Source: Squalus acanthias
Taxonomy: Eukaryota
Assembly: GCA_030390025.1 (NCBI GenBank)
Contig: CM059431.1
Span: 111,788,001-111,852,000, forward strand
Length of the DNA stretch: 64,000 nt
Direction of reading: 5' to 3'
In this document: positions 1 to 11,862 of the stretch, in pieces
How the letters are laid out: each line of letters starts with the position of its first letter
Position numbering within the stretch: the first letter of the stretch is position 1
Position numbers and translations under genes: made by a program
The notes under the pieces: generated by a model
What the model saw: the letters and a program-made list of their open reading frames with translations, nothing else
The model's database searches: none
What the model was told of the DNA's origin: nothing

Positions 1-244
1 ACACTGACACAACAGTGCAACAATTTCAGTGCAGGTAGAGCTGCCCTGAAAAAAAAAACCAGCCAGTGACACTGCATTCACTGCACACCAACATTACACT
101 GGAGAACATTACCGAAAGAGTGCTCAGCAACGTAAATGCACGAAGACAAGTCTGGATCCACAACAGGGAAGCCAAAAATTAAACAATGAAAAGTCTAAAT
201 GAGCAATTGGCTTCAACAGTAACAGCAAGAAAGCCTTGCTACTT

Positions 245-346
245 ATATAAAAGCAGAAAATGCTGGAAAAACTCAGCAGGTCAGGCAGCATCTGTGCAGG
301 GAGAAACAGAGTTAACGTTTCAGGTCGATGACCTTTTGTCAGAACT
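245..346 (-). mobile_element. Penelope-like element (family B) terminal fragment with mutated hammerhead motif
   Basis: Matches termini at 5986-6085, 25050-25163 and 28955-29088; minus strand reads AGTT-CTGACAA-A-AGGTC-ATC-GACCT-GAAACGTT-AACT. Confidence 0.75.
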
Positions 347-395
347 AGTTTATTCTAGGTCTATCAGTATTTGCCCAGCTGGCTACTTTTTATTA

Positions 396-643
396 TGATG
401 CGGAGATGCCGGTGTTGGACTGGGGTGGACAAAATTGAGAGGTCGCACAACACCAGGTTATAGTCCAACAGTTTTATTTGAAATCACAAGCTTTCGGAGC
501 TATCGATTTGCTCCTTCCTCAGGTGAAGTAAATTAGATACAGAATCGCCAAAGCATATATAGATAGAAAACAAAGCATGTGTACTTTACATTTATGATTT
601 CAAATAAAACTGTTGGACTATAACCTGGTGTTGTGCGACCTCT
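396..643. mobile_element. Penelope-like element (family A), short inverted-repeat unit
   Basis: Arms 438-486 and 595-643 are reverse complements; 12-bp TSD tactttttatta at 384-395 and 644-655; hammerhead motif 484-526 on minus strand. Confidence 0.8.
484..526 (-). ncRNA. minimal type I hammerhead ribozyme motif (family A)
   Basis: UCAC-CUGAGGA-A-GGAGC-loop-GCUCC-GAAA-GC-UU/GUGA. Confidence 0.7.
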
Positions 644-699
644 TACTTTTTATTAAACATACTTATCATCTTTTTAGCTTTTAAAAAAAAATGTTCTCC

Positions 700-930
700 C
701 CAGTTTCTAATCGTCTTGTGAAGTCCCTCCTGTGGGACCTATTGCGCAGGCCACCTGCCCTCTCAGGTCTCACCCAAGTGACCATCTGCGAGTCCAGATA
801 GTAAGGGTAGGTAGACTAGTCCAGCACAGAGGTTATCCCAGACAAGCCCTGTGCTGCTCTTACCCACTCTACACATCCCTGCTTATCTCCAGCACGCGAC
901 ACTGGAAATCAAACAGAGCCAGATAAAGGG
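700..930 (-). mobile_element. old SINE-like repeat, diverged
   Basis: Loosely similar to 11230-12045, 32885-33065 and 49583-49880 in this window; boundaries approximate. Confidence 0.4.
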
Positions 931-1274
931 GCCAATTTAACCCTTCCTAGGCCAGCGCGGCCAAGGCCAATTATGGCATCCAAACTGAAGGAGAAACTTC
1001 AATGAGCTGAATGACCTTTTCTCATCCTTGACTTTTCTTATATTTTGATGTTCTAATCACTGTGCCAGATGAGCTCAGCGAAGGGCAGATCATTTTTTTT
1101 TAATGCTGTTTGATTTGCTTTCTTCAGAAGATTGTTACTGCGCATGTCAGAAAATAATTTGCTGCAAATTTAGATTGCAGATAAATTCTGTACAATGCAA
1201 GTGTTCTGTGGATTTCATATCTATCTCCTCTAATCTCATGCTTTGTTTGTACTTTGCTTTCAGTGTCAGGACAA

Positions 1275-1685
1275 AAATAAAAGAAAGACTTGAATTTCTA
1301 TAGCGCCTTGCACAGCATCAGGACGTCTCAAAGCACTTTACAGCCAATGAAGTACTTTTGGAGTGTAGTCACTGTTGTAATATAGGAAACGCCACAGCCA
1401 ATTTGCACACAGCAAGCTCCCACAAACAGCAATGTGATAATGACCAGATAATCTGTTTTAGTGATGTTGATTGAGGGATAAATACAGGCCAGGACACCGG
1501 GGATAACTCCCCTGCTCTTCTTCAAAATAGTGCCATGGGATCTTTTACGTCCACTTGAGAGGGCAGACAGGGCCTCGGTTTAACGTCTCATCCGAAAGAC
1601 GGCACCTCCGACAGTGCAGCACTCCCTCAGCACTGCTCTGGGAGTGTCAGCCTTGAACCCACAACCTTCTGACTCAGTAGAGGAG
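1275..1685 (-). mobile_element. Deu-domain tRNA-SINE (SacSINE1/AmnSINE1-like) with L2-type tail
   Basis: Reverse complement of ggtgccgtctttcggatgagacgttaaaccgaggccc core; aaggcgctatagaaat/ctttcttt tail; several close copies in window. Confidence 0.8.
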
Positions 1686-1699
1686 AAATCTGGCATCTA

Positions 1700-2095
1700 C
1701 ACAAATACAGCTTTTGAAATTTAGATTTTTGCTGAGCGTTTGTGTTCATCAAGGTACAGAATGTCAGCGCTGAGGAACAAACCCCTTTCCCATTTACTAG
1801 AGTCAGCATTCCCAGACAGAGCTCTGTCTACTCCTTCAACTTTAGAAGAGCGCCCTCTCCTGCACCAGTGAAATATTTCCATCTCCCACACCAGCCATGC
1901 TTATGGGCTTACTGAAGGAGATTTCCAGTTTATGACAATTGACATTGAGAGAAAGCTTTGTTTTAGTGTCCATTAGGAACAAAGTCCTAACTCTTCTCAC
2001 AGAGGAATCTTATAGTTGATAGAGAGACACGTTCATCCCACCAGTCTGGGTTGGATTCAAACCCAGATCTTACAGATAACAGGACAGTATTAATC
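1700..2095 (-). mobile_element. LF-SINE-like ancient SINE relic
   Basis: Minus strand has gggtttgaatccaacccagactgg (B-box-like), tgtgagaagagtt...gttcctaatggac and ctgtacctt, resembling the remembered LF-SINE consensus; related to 45148-45337. Confidence 0.5.
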
Positions 2096-2098
2096 TAA

Positions 2099-2171
2099 GG
2101 GGTAATTCTCTGACCTCACACTGTCAGCAGGCAGCCTTACCCACCAGTTGCATGAGACAGAAAATTACCCC
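2099..2171. mobile_element. tiny TIR element (Harbinger-type MITE remnant)
   Basis: Termini ggggtaattctctgac ... gacagaaaattacccc. Confidence 0.5.
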
Positions 2172-2427
2172 TCTATTCTGTTCCTGGTCTGGAAGTGGTT
2201 GATGCTGAAACTCAATGTAAAATCGACATGCAAAACCGTTAAAACAGTAAATATTTACTGTAACTAGTATCTAATACTACAGTAGGAAAAATCAAAGACA
2301 AAATGTTTGCCAGTAATCTTGCCATAGATATGTAAATATTTGGCTGTTTAGGGTACATTCTGAGTACATTCTATATATTTTGCATATATGTTATTGTGGT
2401 GGCTACCTAGGACAGAAATCCACATTA

Positions 2428-2899
2428 AAAGAAAAGAAAGATTTGCATTTCTATAGCGTCTTTCACAACCTCAGGATGTCCCAAAGCGCTTTACAGCCAA
2501 TGAAGTACTTTTGAAGTGTAGTCACTGTTGTAATGTAGGAAACACGGCAGCCAATTTGCGCACAGCAAGGTCCCACAAATAGCAATGTGATAATGACCAG
2601 ATAATCTGTTTTAGTGATGTTGGTTGAGGGATAAATATTGTCCAGGACACTGGGGAGAATGCCCCTACTCTTCTTTGAAATAGTGCCATGGGATCTTTTA
2701 CATCCACCTGAGAGAGCAGACAGGGCCGCGGTTTAACGTCTCATCTGAAAGACGGCACCTCCGACAGTGCAGCACCCCCTCAGCACTGCCCTGGAGTGTC
2801 AGCCTAGATTATGTGCTCAAATCTCTGGAATGGGATTACAAAGCAATGCCCTCCTGACTCAGAGGCAAGAGTGCTACCAACTGAACCACAACTGCCACC
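2428..2899 (-). mobile_element. Deu-domain SINE, near full length
   Basis: Near-identical to 1275-1685 and to the reverse complement of 34045-34512. Confidence 0.8.
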
Positions 2900-3299
2900 T
2901 AGGGACTATAAAGGGTTTTAAAAAATGTAATCATCCTTTGTATTGTTCAAAGTCATCGATAGCAGAATAGCATTCAATCACTGTTAAAAAGAAAGAATTC
3001 CTTGAAATGGCCAATGTTTAAAGAATGATCTAACACACTGGACCAACTAGTTTTTACTCCTGTTCAGATAGGGCATTTCACAGTAAGGGTAATTTGGTCG
3101 CAGCAATGGAAGACATTAATTCTGATGGGAAAGTTCAGAAACAGCAAAATAAATAGCATTTTTCTACGTAATAAAATGAAGACAGTTGATAATGGGTTTG
3201 AGGCTGTAACTTAGGCTTGGAGTTCAGATAGTTGTGGTTTTGCTTTTGTGATTTATGACATTATCCAAATCTATTGAATGTTTATAGTTTCGATATACC

Positions 3300-3640
3300 C
3301 CCCTAGACATCTGCTGTATGAGAAAATGGTAGTGGTGGTTATGATCTGAAATTGTTGAACTCAATTGTGAGGCCAGAAGGTTGTAAAGTGCCTAATTGAA
3401 AGATGAGGTGCTGTCTCGAGAGAACCACCACTCACATTTTCTCGGACAGCAGGTGCTGGTAATATGAAACAACAATTTTGTTTCAATTTTCCAGCATCCG
3501 CAGTATTTTGCTATCGTATAGGTGCTGGTAATAGTACTGCTGTTGCCATTTCCACCTCCTCTTGACCCATCTTTTGCTTCTTTATTGTCCCATTATCACC
3601 CCTTTTTGCCTTGCACCATCATCACTTTTGTCATTTAATT
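3300..3640. mobile_element. Penelope-like (family B) rearranged/inverted remnant
   Basis: Homologous to 5640-5880 in both orientations; continues at about 4040-4078 beyond a CR1 insertion. Confidence 0.6.
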
Positions 3641-4040
3641 TCTATAGTATGGAGACCTGAACTGTTCACAGTACTCCAAGTGTAATCTAACCAAGGTTCT
3701 ATACAAGCTTAACATAACTTCTGTGCTTTTCAATTCTATCCCTCTGGAAATGATCCCCAGTGCTTTGTTTGCTTTTTTTTATGGCAAAAGAACCAAAGGG
3801 GAGATGAGGAGATTTTTTTTTAACACAGTAAGTTGTTATGATCTGGAATGCACTGCCTGAAAGGGTGAAAGCAGATTCAATAGTAACTTTCAAAAGGGAA
3901 TTGGATAAATACTTGAAGGGGAAAAATTGCAGGGAAAGAGCAGTGGAGTAGGACTAATTGGATAGCTCTTTCAAAGAGCCGACACAGGCACAACGGGCCA
4001 AATGGCCTCCTTCCGTGCTGTATGATTCTATGATTCTATG
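3640..4040. mobile_element. CR1 3' fragment with inverted 5' part
   Basis: 3640-3785 is minus-strand CR1 ORF2; 3785-4040 is a plus-strand CR1 3' end with (attctatg)n tail. Confidence 0.65.
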
Positions 4041-4134
4041 TTCACTTCTGCCCTCCACCCTATTACAGACCTTTTCCTATGATGACGCATCATCAGTCAG
4101 TTTCCTTAAAGGGGCCATGTCCAAATATATTTAC

Positions 4135-5100
4135 ACTTGAGAAGGTGGTGGTGAGCCGCCTTCTTGAACCGCTGCAGTCCATGTGGTGAAGGTACTCCCA
4201 CAGTGCTGTTAGGGAGGGGGTTCCAGGATTTTAACCCAGCAACAATGAAGGATCGGCGATATACTTCCAAGTCAGGATGGTGTGTGAATTGGAGGGGAAC
4301 TTGGAGGTGGTGGTGTTTCCATGCGCCTGCGGCCCTTGTCCTTCTAGGTGGAAGAGGTCACGGGTTTGGGAGGTGCTGCCGAAGAAGCCTTGACAAGTTG
4401 CTGCAGTGCATCTTGTAGATGGTACACACTGCAGACACGGTGCGCCGGTGGTGGAGGGAGTGAATGTTTAAGGTGGTGGAGGGGGTGTGCATCAAGCGGG
4501 TTGCTTTGTCCTGGATGGTGTCGAGCTTCTTGAGTGTTGTTGCAGCTGCATTCATCCAGGCAAGTGGAGAGTATGCCATCACACTCCTGACTTGTGCCTT
4601 GTAGATGATGGAAAGGCTTTGGGGAGTCAGGAGGTGAGACACTCACCGCAGAATACCTAGCCTCTGACCTGCTCTTGTTGCCATAGTATTTATGTGCTGG
4701 TCAGTTAAGTTTCTGGTCAATGGTGACCCCCAGGATATTGATGGTGGGGGATTCGGCAATGATAATGCCATTGAATGTCAGGGGGCGGTAGTTAGATGCT
4801 CGCTTGTTGGAGATAGTCATTGCCTGGCACTTGTGTGGTGCGAGTGTTACCTGCCACTTATCAGCCCAAGCCTGAATGTTGTCCAGGTCTTGCTGTATGT
4901 GGGCATGGACTGCTTCATTATCTGAAGAGTTGTGAATGGCACTGAACACTGTGCAGTCATCAGCGAACATCCCCACTTCTGACCTTATGATGGAGGAAAG
5001 GTCATTGATGAAGCAGCTGAAGTTGGTTGGGCACGGGACACTGCCCTGAGGAACTCCTGCAGCGATGTCCTGGGGCTGTGATGATTGACCTTCAACCACC
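4135..5100 (-). mobile_element. non-LTR retrotransposon RT/3' fragment (CR1/Jockey group)
   Basis: GVPQGS and FADD motifs; same family as 41665-42832. Confidence 0.8.
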
Positions 5101-6085
5101 GCAAAGCGGTCACCCAATCTGCGTTTGGTCTCCCCAATGTAGAGGAGGTCACATCGTGAGCAGCGAATACAGTATACTAAATTGCAAGAAGTACAAGTAA
5201 ATCACTGTTTCACCTGGAAGGAGTGTTTGGGGCCCTGGACAGTGGGAAGGGAGGAGGTAATAGGACAGGTGTTGCATCTTCTGCGCTTGCACGGGAAGGT
5301 GCTGTGGGAAGGGGAAGGGGTGTTGGGGGTGATAGAGGAGTGGACCAGGGTGTCGCAGAGCGAGCAGTCCCTTCAGAATGCTGAAAGAGGAGGGGAGGGG
5401 AAGATGTGTTTGGCGGTGGGATCATGCTGGAGGTGGCGGAAATGGTGGAAGATGATCCGTTGAATGTGGAGGCTGGTAGGGTGAAAGGTGAGGACAAGGG
5501 GAACCCTATCGTGGTTCTGGGAGGGAGGGGAAGGGGTGAGAAATAGAACGGACATTCAACCGATCATCCTCCGCTCCACTCCCACTCTGACCTCTCTGTC
5601 CTCGGCCTCTTACACTGTTCCAATGAAGCTCAACGTAAGCTCAAGGAACAGCACCTCATTTTTCGATTAGGCACTTTACAGCCTTCTGGACTCAACATTG
5701 AGTTCAACAATTTCATCCCATAACCTCTGCCCCTATTTTTTTTTCTCTCACATGGCAGCTGTTGATGATTCTGCCATTGCCATTTACACCTCATCTAGAG
5801 TCATCTTTTGTTTCTTAACTTGTCCCATTACCATCTCCTTTTGCCTCGCACCATCATCCCTTTTGTCTCTTAATCTCTCCTGCCTTCCATCCTATCAATG
5901 TCCTTCCCTTTTGTTCTTTCCTCCCCTCCTCCCTTTCCCTGCCCCTGCACTTGCTTAAAAACCTGTTACATCTCTAACTTTTTCCAGTTCTGATGAAGGG
6001 TCATCGACCTGAAACGTTAACTCTGTTTCTCTCTCTGCAGATGCTGCCTGACCTGCTGAGTATTTCCAGCATTTTCTGTTTTTAT
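5100..6085. mobile_element. Penelope-like element (family B): inverted ORF part plus 3' terminus with hammerhead
   Basis: DRVPLVLTFHPTSLHIQRII peptide typical of PLE ORFs; orientation switch near 5545; hammerhead at 5986-6022. Confidence 0.75.
5986..6022 (+). ncRNA. minimal type I hammerhead ribozyme motif (family B)
   Basis: AGUU-CUGAUGA-A-GGGUC-AUC-GACCU-GAAA-CG-UU/AACU; intact core. Confidence 0.8.
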
Positions 6086-6174
6086 TACTTCTCTGCTTCA
6101 CAATTTGCCAGATCATTTAACTATAAAAAATAATATAAAACAAGAGTATTATCTAAAGTAAGGACAGAAAGTAT

Positions 6175-6418
6175 GGGCTAGATTTTCATTGACCCGTGGA
6201 GGCGGGTTTGGAGGCGTGTGGGGGGTTAAAATAGCGAAAACTGGCAGGTGGGCACAAGTCCGCCTCCATCCTGCCTCCACGCAATTTTCATGAAATCGTG
6301 TCTGCTGGTCCCGACTCCGTCCCGCCTGTAAGAGACGGGATAGGCTGTTAAGGCCCTTAACAAGCACTAAATTGGCTCTATAATGCCATTTTGAAAGGCC
6401 TTTGTGATTTTAACCCTT

Positions 6419-6456
<38 letters not shown>

Positions 6457-6723
6457 CTGCTGCTGCTCATTTTGCATCCAGGTCCTCTCACAGCAAAGGC
6501 CAGGCAGTCTTTGCAGACCTTCAATGCAGCAGCAATGATGACATCATCAGAGGCGACTTTCAGACTGAAAACACTAATTGGTTCATGGGTTCCTACATGC
6601 TGGAACTCAATTGCCCAATTAGGTAAAATTTGCATCAATCTCCCACATCCAATTGCAGTCGGGTGGATAACACGAAAAGTGGATAACATAACCCCAACCC
6701 GCCCCAGTATCAAAATCCAGCCC
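6175..6723. mobile_element. PIF/Harbinger-type non-autonomous element
   Basis: TIRs gggctagatttt / aaaatccagccc; 3-bp TSD tat; internal (TC)n at 6420-6453. Confidence 0.7.
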
Positions 6724-6829
6724 TATGACTTTAAAATGGGAACTGAATTACATCTGCGTTCCCTGGTCCTATTATCACAACACCCTAATGCCACTTCATC
6801 TGAAGACTACACTTGGTCTTGACAAACGA

Positions 6830-7025
6830 GAGTTGATGCTGGGTCAATTGTTGATTTCAAACCTGAGATTGATTGATTTATGTTAACCAAATGTATTAAG
6901 GGATATGGGGCAAAGGCGGAGTTAGGTCACAGATCAGCCATGATCTCACTGAATGGCAGAACAGGCTCGAGGGCCTAAATGGCCCACTCCTGTTCCTGTA
7001 TTCCTATGTTCTATGTTCCTATGCT
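6830..7025 (+). mobile_element. CR1 3' end
   Basis: gatcagccatgatct...(ttcctatg)n tail; same family as 11447-11862. Confidence 0.7.
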
Positions 7026-9361
7026 GACTCTCCCTGTGCAATGCCATGGAAACTAGTAACATATTAAAATGCAATGTTTGCGTACGCTTCCTATCAATTT
7101 TTTTTTCATTATAAATTCCTATTATACATTTATAATGGAAATTGCCCCACTGGCAGGAGAGTGTAATTATAAAGTATAAGTTTAGATAGGCAGTTTCCAT
7201 TATACATGTTAAAATTCTTCTCTTCCCTTAAATTTCATTTTTGCATCTTTCTCTTTCTTCTCTTCTTCTTTCTTTTTGGATGGAAGGTGGTGGATAAAAG
7301 GTGAGGCGGGGTCAGGAGCTGCCAACGGCTGCAGGCTGCATTAGGGGTGGGATTGTGAGGAAAATTGTGGCCCTCAGCAGCTTATATCCCATCCCTTCCC
7401 CAATCTCCAAGCTTCCCCCAACCCCCTTTCACCCATTGCATTCCATACCTATTCATCTTCCCATGATCTCTTCCCCTCCCTACTATCCCATTGCTTCCAT
7501 CACTACCCCTACCTCTTCCCTTTTGAACAACCCTCTGCACTCCTGCCCCCTTGCACCACTGTGATTCACCTCTTCCTTCACCTTCCATCCACCCCTTACC
7601 ATTCCCATTGATTCCCCCCAAGGGCAAATGATGAGGCCAGAGGTCCCTTCAACCTTAAATTGTTTCTCTCATTCCCTCCCCCTCCTGGCCTCTCTGCCTA
7701 ATCTTTTTCCCCTCAAAGAGGTTTGCTTGCTCTCAAAATTCAATTTGTCTTTTAAAAATCAAATTAGAGTAAGAAAGGATCTATATGTTTCTCTTCTCTT
7801 TCATGGTGTTAGAAATTAGAACCTTATCTCACATGGGTAAGTGACTAGCATTGATCTTTTCTAACTGTCAGCAAAGACAGATGAGATAATTTGTTAGCTT
7901 TTTTGAAAATTGAGCTAACATTAAATGAAAGATTGTTTCTCACCCTTCTCTCTCTGATCCCAGACTTTCTTCCTCCCCTCTCTCATCAACCCTCGCTTCT
8001 TCTTCTCCCACACTTTCTTTGATCCCAGTCTCTCTCTGAGCTTCTACTACCCTCAGTCTCTCTTGCTCTTTCCATCAGTTTAATGCACTTTCCAAAAACT
8101 ATGACAATTGTGTAATCAGAACACTGTAATTTTATTGAAGTCTTCGTCACTTATACAGACCCTGTTGAAAAAAAAACTACTTAATATAAATTTTAGCTCA
8201 ATAAAGCTTTTGAAATTTGTCTACTGGTTTTCCAAAATTATTTTAAGAAAAGCTACTGACCAGAAATACTAAAAGCTAAAGAAAAATATTCCATAACTGA
8301 TTGCATTATTACAGCCACTAGAACACAGAGTTATTGTCTAATTGAAGAAAAATAAATTAATACTGGTTAGCTTTGATAAGAAAAGTATCTTAAACAGGTT
8401 GAGAAAGTGAAAGGTCTGTTCTGTTGTCTATGCCTGTGCATAACTGAAAAAAACTGGCTATCATGTATTTGGTAATTCCTACAAAACCTTTTAGAAGTGA
8501 ACAATTACCAGTTATCACTATATAATACTCTATTACATGATTAGCTGATATTGCTTTTTTTTTAAATTTGCTTGATTCAGTCGGCAGTTGTTGGACGAGT
8601 GGGTGTAGTTGCCTTTTTTTTTAAAGAAAGTCTACAAGTTTGAACACAAACTGGCAATTAGTTAGTCTACCAGCTACAACATGAAAAAGATGTTGATGAT
8701 ATCAATGACATTTTTTCATTAATTCTGCTGTAAGTGCTCTCAGAGAAGCTCTAACTCACTCTGATTACATGCACTATTTAGCATGGAAATGTGGAGAGGT
8801 AGGGAACGATACAATGACGAGTAAGAGGATTATGAAAAATTAAAATTTGAGCCACAGAAATCATGAGCACCACGGTGCATGTGGATTCTACTGGCCAGTC
8901 TTGCAGTGCGGTTTATTTTTGCTGGTTTCAAGGGAACTGCAATGTGCTATATTTAAACAACGTATGTTGTGTAATCACCCTGAAAGCTCTGGATCTGACA
9001 GTGACAAATGCTGTCTGTAAACCACTATTGAATGTTTCATATGTGTTGTATAAATAAAGAATGTACCTTTTGTTTGTCTTCAAAGATTCATCAAACATCT
9101 GAAAAAAAAGGTCACTGCAATACTACTCTCAAAAATGTGCTTGAAAATTAACAGTTTCAATGAACAGCATATTTAAATTCATTTAAATAAACCAAACTGT
9201 ATTCAATTTAAGAGTGCAATGCACCAAAATTTCAAACAAACAAGTGTGCCTTGTTACAACTGATTTACATATTCCAACAATGAACCTCATTTAATATAAA
9301 CTGACATTCAGTTCAAGTGAAGCACACTGCTTCAGACCTCATCACAGCCTTAAACCAGACA

Positions 9362-9572
9362 TGATGCGGAGATGCCGGTGTTGGACTGGGGTGGACAAAA
9401 ATGAGAAGTCGCACAACACCAGGTTATAGTCCAACAGTTTTATTTGAAATCACAAGCTTTCGGAGCTTACACCCCTTCTCACTTCACCTGAGGAAGGGGT
9501 GTAAGCTCCGAAAGCTTGTGATTTCAAATAAAACTGTTGGACTATAACCTGGTGTTGTGCGACTTCTCATTT
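9362..9572. mobile_element. Penelope-like (family A) palindromic unit with hammerhead
   Basis: Inverted arms 9397-9478 and 9493-9574; TSD ttaaaccagacatga at 9350-9364 and 9573-9587; hammerhead at 9484-9521. Confidence 0.85.
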
Positions 9573-9589
9573 TTAAACCAGACATGAAC

Positions 9590-10475
9590 ACAACAGCTGA
9601 ATGCTGGAGAAGAGGTGAGAGTGGCTGCCCTTATCATCAAGGCAGTATCCAGCTGAGTGTGGCACTCAGAAGCCCTAGCAAAACTGAAGTCAGTTGGGGT
9701 CAAGGGGAAACCCTTCAGTGGTTGGAGTCATATCTGACACATAGGAAGATGGTTGTAGTTGTCAGAGACCAGTCATCACAGTCCCGGGACATTGATGCAA
9801 GAGTTTCTTGGAGAAGACTCTTTGACCAAACCATCTTCAATAGTTTCATGGCGACTTTCCCTTCACCACAATGTCAGGAGTGGGGCTGTTCACTGAGGAT
9901 TCCAATATTCAACACTATTCACAACCTCTCCATTTGGACTACAGCAGGATGTGGACAATATCTAGGCTTGGGCTAATAAGTAGCAAGTAACGGTTGTGCT
10001 ACATAAGTCCCAGGTAGTAACCATCTCCAACAAGAATTTGCTTGATTGGCACCCTACCACTGCAGTCAATATTCACCCCTTCCACCATTGGTGGACTGGG
10101 GCTGCAGTATGCACCATCTACAGCGTGCACTGTAGCACCTCACCCAGCATGCTTCAATAGCATCCTACCCCAGCACCCCCCTCACCCCCCCCCCGCCCCC
10201 CCACCCCACTACAACCTCAACCACCAAGAAGTTTAGAGCAGCAATATCATAGAAATACCATCACCTCCAATTTCCTCTCCAAGTTACAGACCATTCTGAC
10301 TTGGGCATACCCATGTCTCTGGGTCAATGTCCTGGAATTCCCTACTAAGACAACCATTAACACAAGGACGGCAGCAGATTGAGGAACAAGACAACCATCA
10401 CTTTCTGAAGGCTACCAGGGATGGCCAATAAATGGGGCATGGCCAGTGTCACCCACGTCCCGAGAATAAATTTTA
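9590..10475 (+). mobile_element. older degraded copy of the 41665-42832 LINE family
   Basis: LQWLESYLTHRKMVVVV peptide and shared 3' tail (gggatggccaataaatg...). Confidence 0.7.
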
Positions 10476-11446
10476 TAAACTTATAGATCTGCCATTTCAT
10501 TTCAAGGTCATTCATGAATACTTGAAGTTTCTCCAATTTGAGTTATCATTATTTTTATTTGGACATATATCCAAAGATATGTCTATCTGAGATAAGCACA
10601 GTCATGTATAAATCAAAAGTCACTCACTCCATTCATCTTCTCTACTATTCATACATTATATGTCAAAGTATTCATTGGACCACACTAACGTACGTGGCCT
10701 TGTTTTTGTAAATCGAGGCCACACAATTACGGCAAGTTCTAGTAATTATTATGTGTGCACATTAGGTTTGAGATAGTCATTCTAATGCTCACTTTCACAG
10801 ACACATCCATACCCAGTCTAGTACTACTGTAATGATGCTATACGTCAGATAAAATGTCACTGGCACTTGTTGGTAGCATTATTAACCCATCTAGATCAGT
10901 ACAATGGTGGGCAGGCTCATGCCATTGTTATCTCTTGGACCCAATTGTTATTATGGTCAGTTGCCAGGCAGGTCTGCCTAGAATGTTAAAAACTAGGGAA
11001 AATATGGGAGATTGGCAACTTAAATTTTTTTTTCCCCAGATCTCATTATTATATATATTTATAATACGACCTTGGATTAAGTTTTACGAGTGTGCAAATT
11101 TTTTAGACCCTTCTATCCATCTTTTCTGACAGCTGGATGCTGCAGAAATCCAAATTTTCATCCCTAATAATCCATATAGTATTTTGATTTATTACCGATA
11201 TAACATTGCACAAGGAATTCACCTCACAGTGTAGCACCCAGCCATACAGAGCAGAATGTTGCAGATTAGATTCTTAGCCCATGAGCTAATCTCAGCCAGG
11301 GTATCTCTTGGGTTCTGCAGTTGGCTTCAGTTTCCCAGGAGAGACAGGGAGATATTAGCCAGGGCTATTACTCCTAATTGTTGTCCATTTGATTTCTACT
11401 GGAAAATGTGCATCTGCCTGACAGGAGCGATTACACAAACTAGGAG

Positions 11447-11862
11447 GGTTGTGTTCGCTAGAATTTAGAAGGTTAAGGGGTGATCTGATCGAAGTTTTCA
11501 AGATATTAAGGGGAACAGATAGGGTAGATAGAGAGAAACTATTTCCGCTGGTTGGGGAGTCTAGGACTAGGGGGCATAGTCTAAAAATTAGAGCCAGACC
11601 TTTCAGGAGTGAAATTAGGAAACACTTCTACACACAAAGGGTGGTAGAAGTTTGAAACTCTGTTCTGCAAACAGCTATTGATGCTAGGTCAATTGTTAAT
11701 TTTAAATCTGAGATTGATAGACTTTTGTTAACCAAAGGTATTAAAGAATATGGGCCATAGGCGGGTATATGGAGTTAGGTTGCAGATCAGCCATGATCCC
11801 ATTGAATGGCGGAACAGACTCGAGGGACTCAATGGCCTACTCCTGTTCCTATGTTCTTATGT
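11447..11862 (+). mobile_element. CR1 3' fragment inserted in an older SINE (about 11230-12045)
   Basis: SLEFRRLRGDLIEVFKI peptide; (ttcctatg)-type tail. Confidence 0.8.

Noticed and set aside
6378..6822. Overlapping ORFs with SL/RE repeats
   Set aside because: Produced by the (TC)n microsatellite inside a MITE
7300..7700. C-rich tract with G-quadruplex potential on the minus strand
   Set aside because: Low-complexity degraded repeat with no further support
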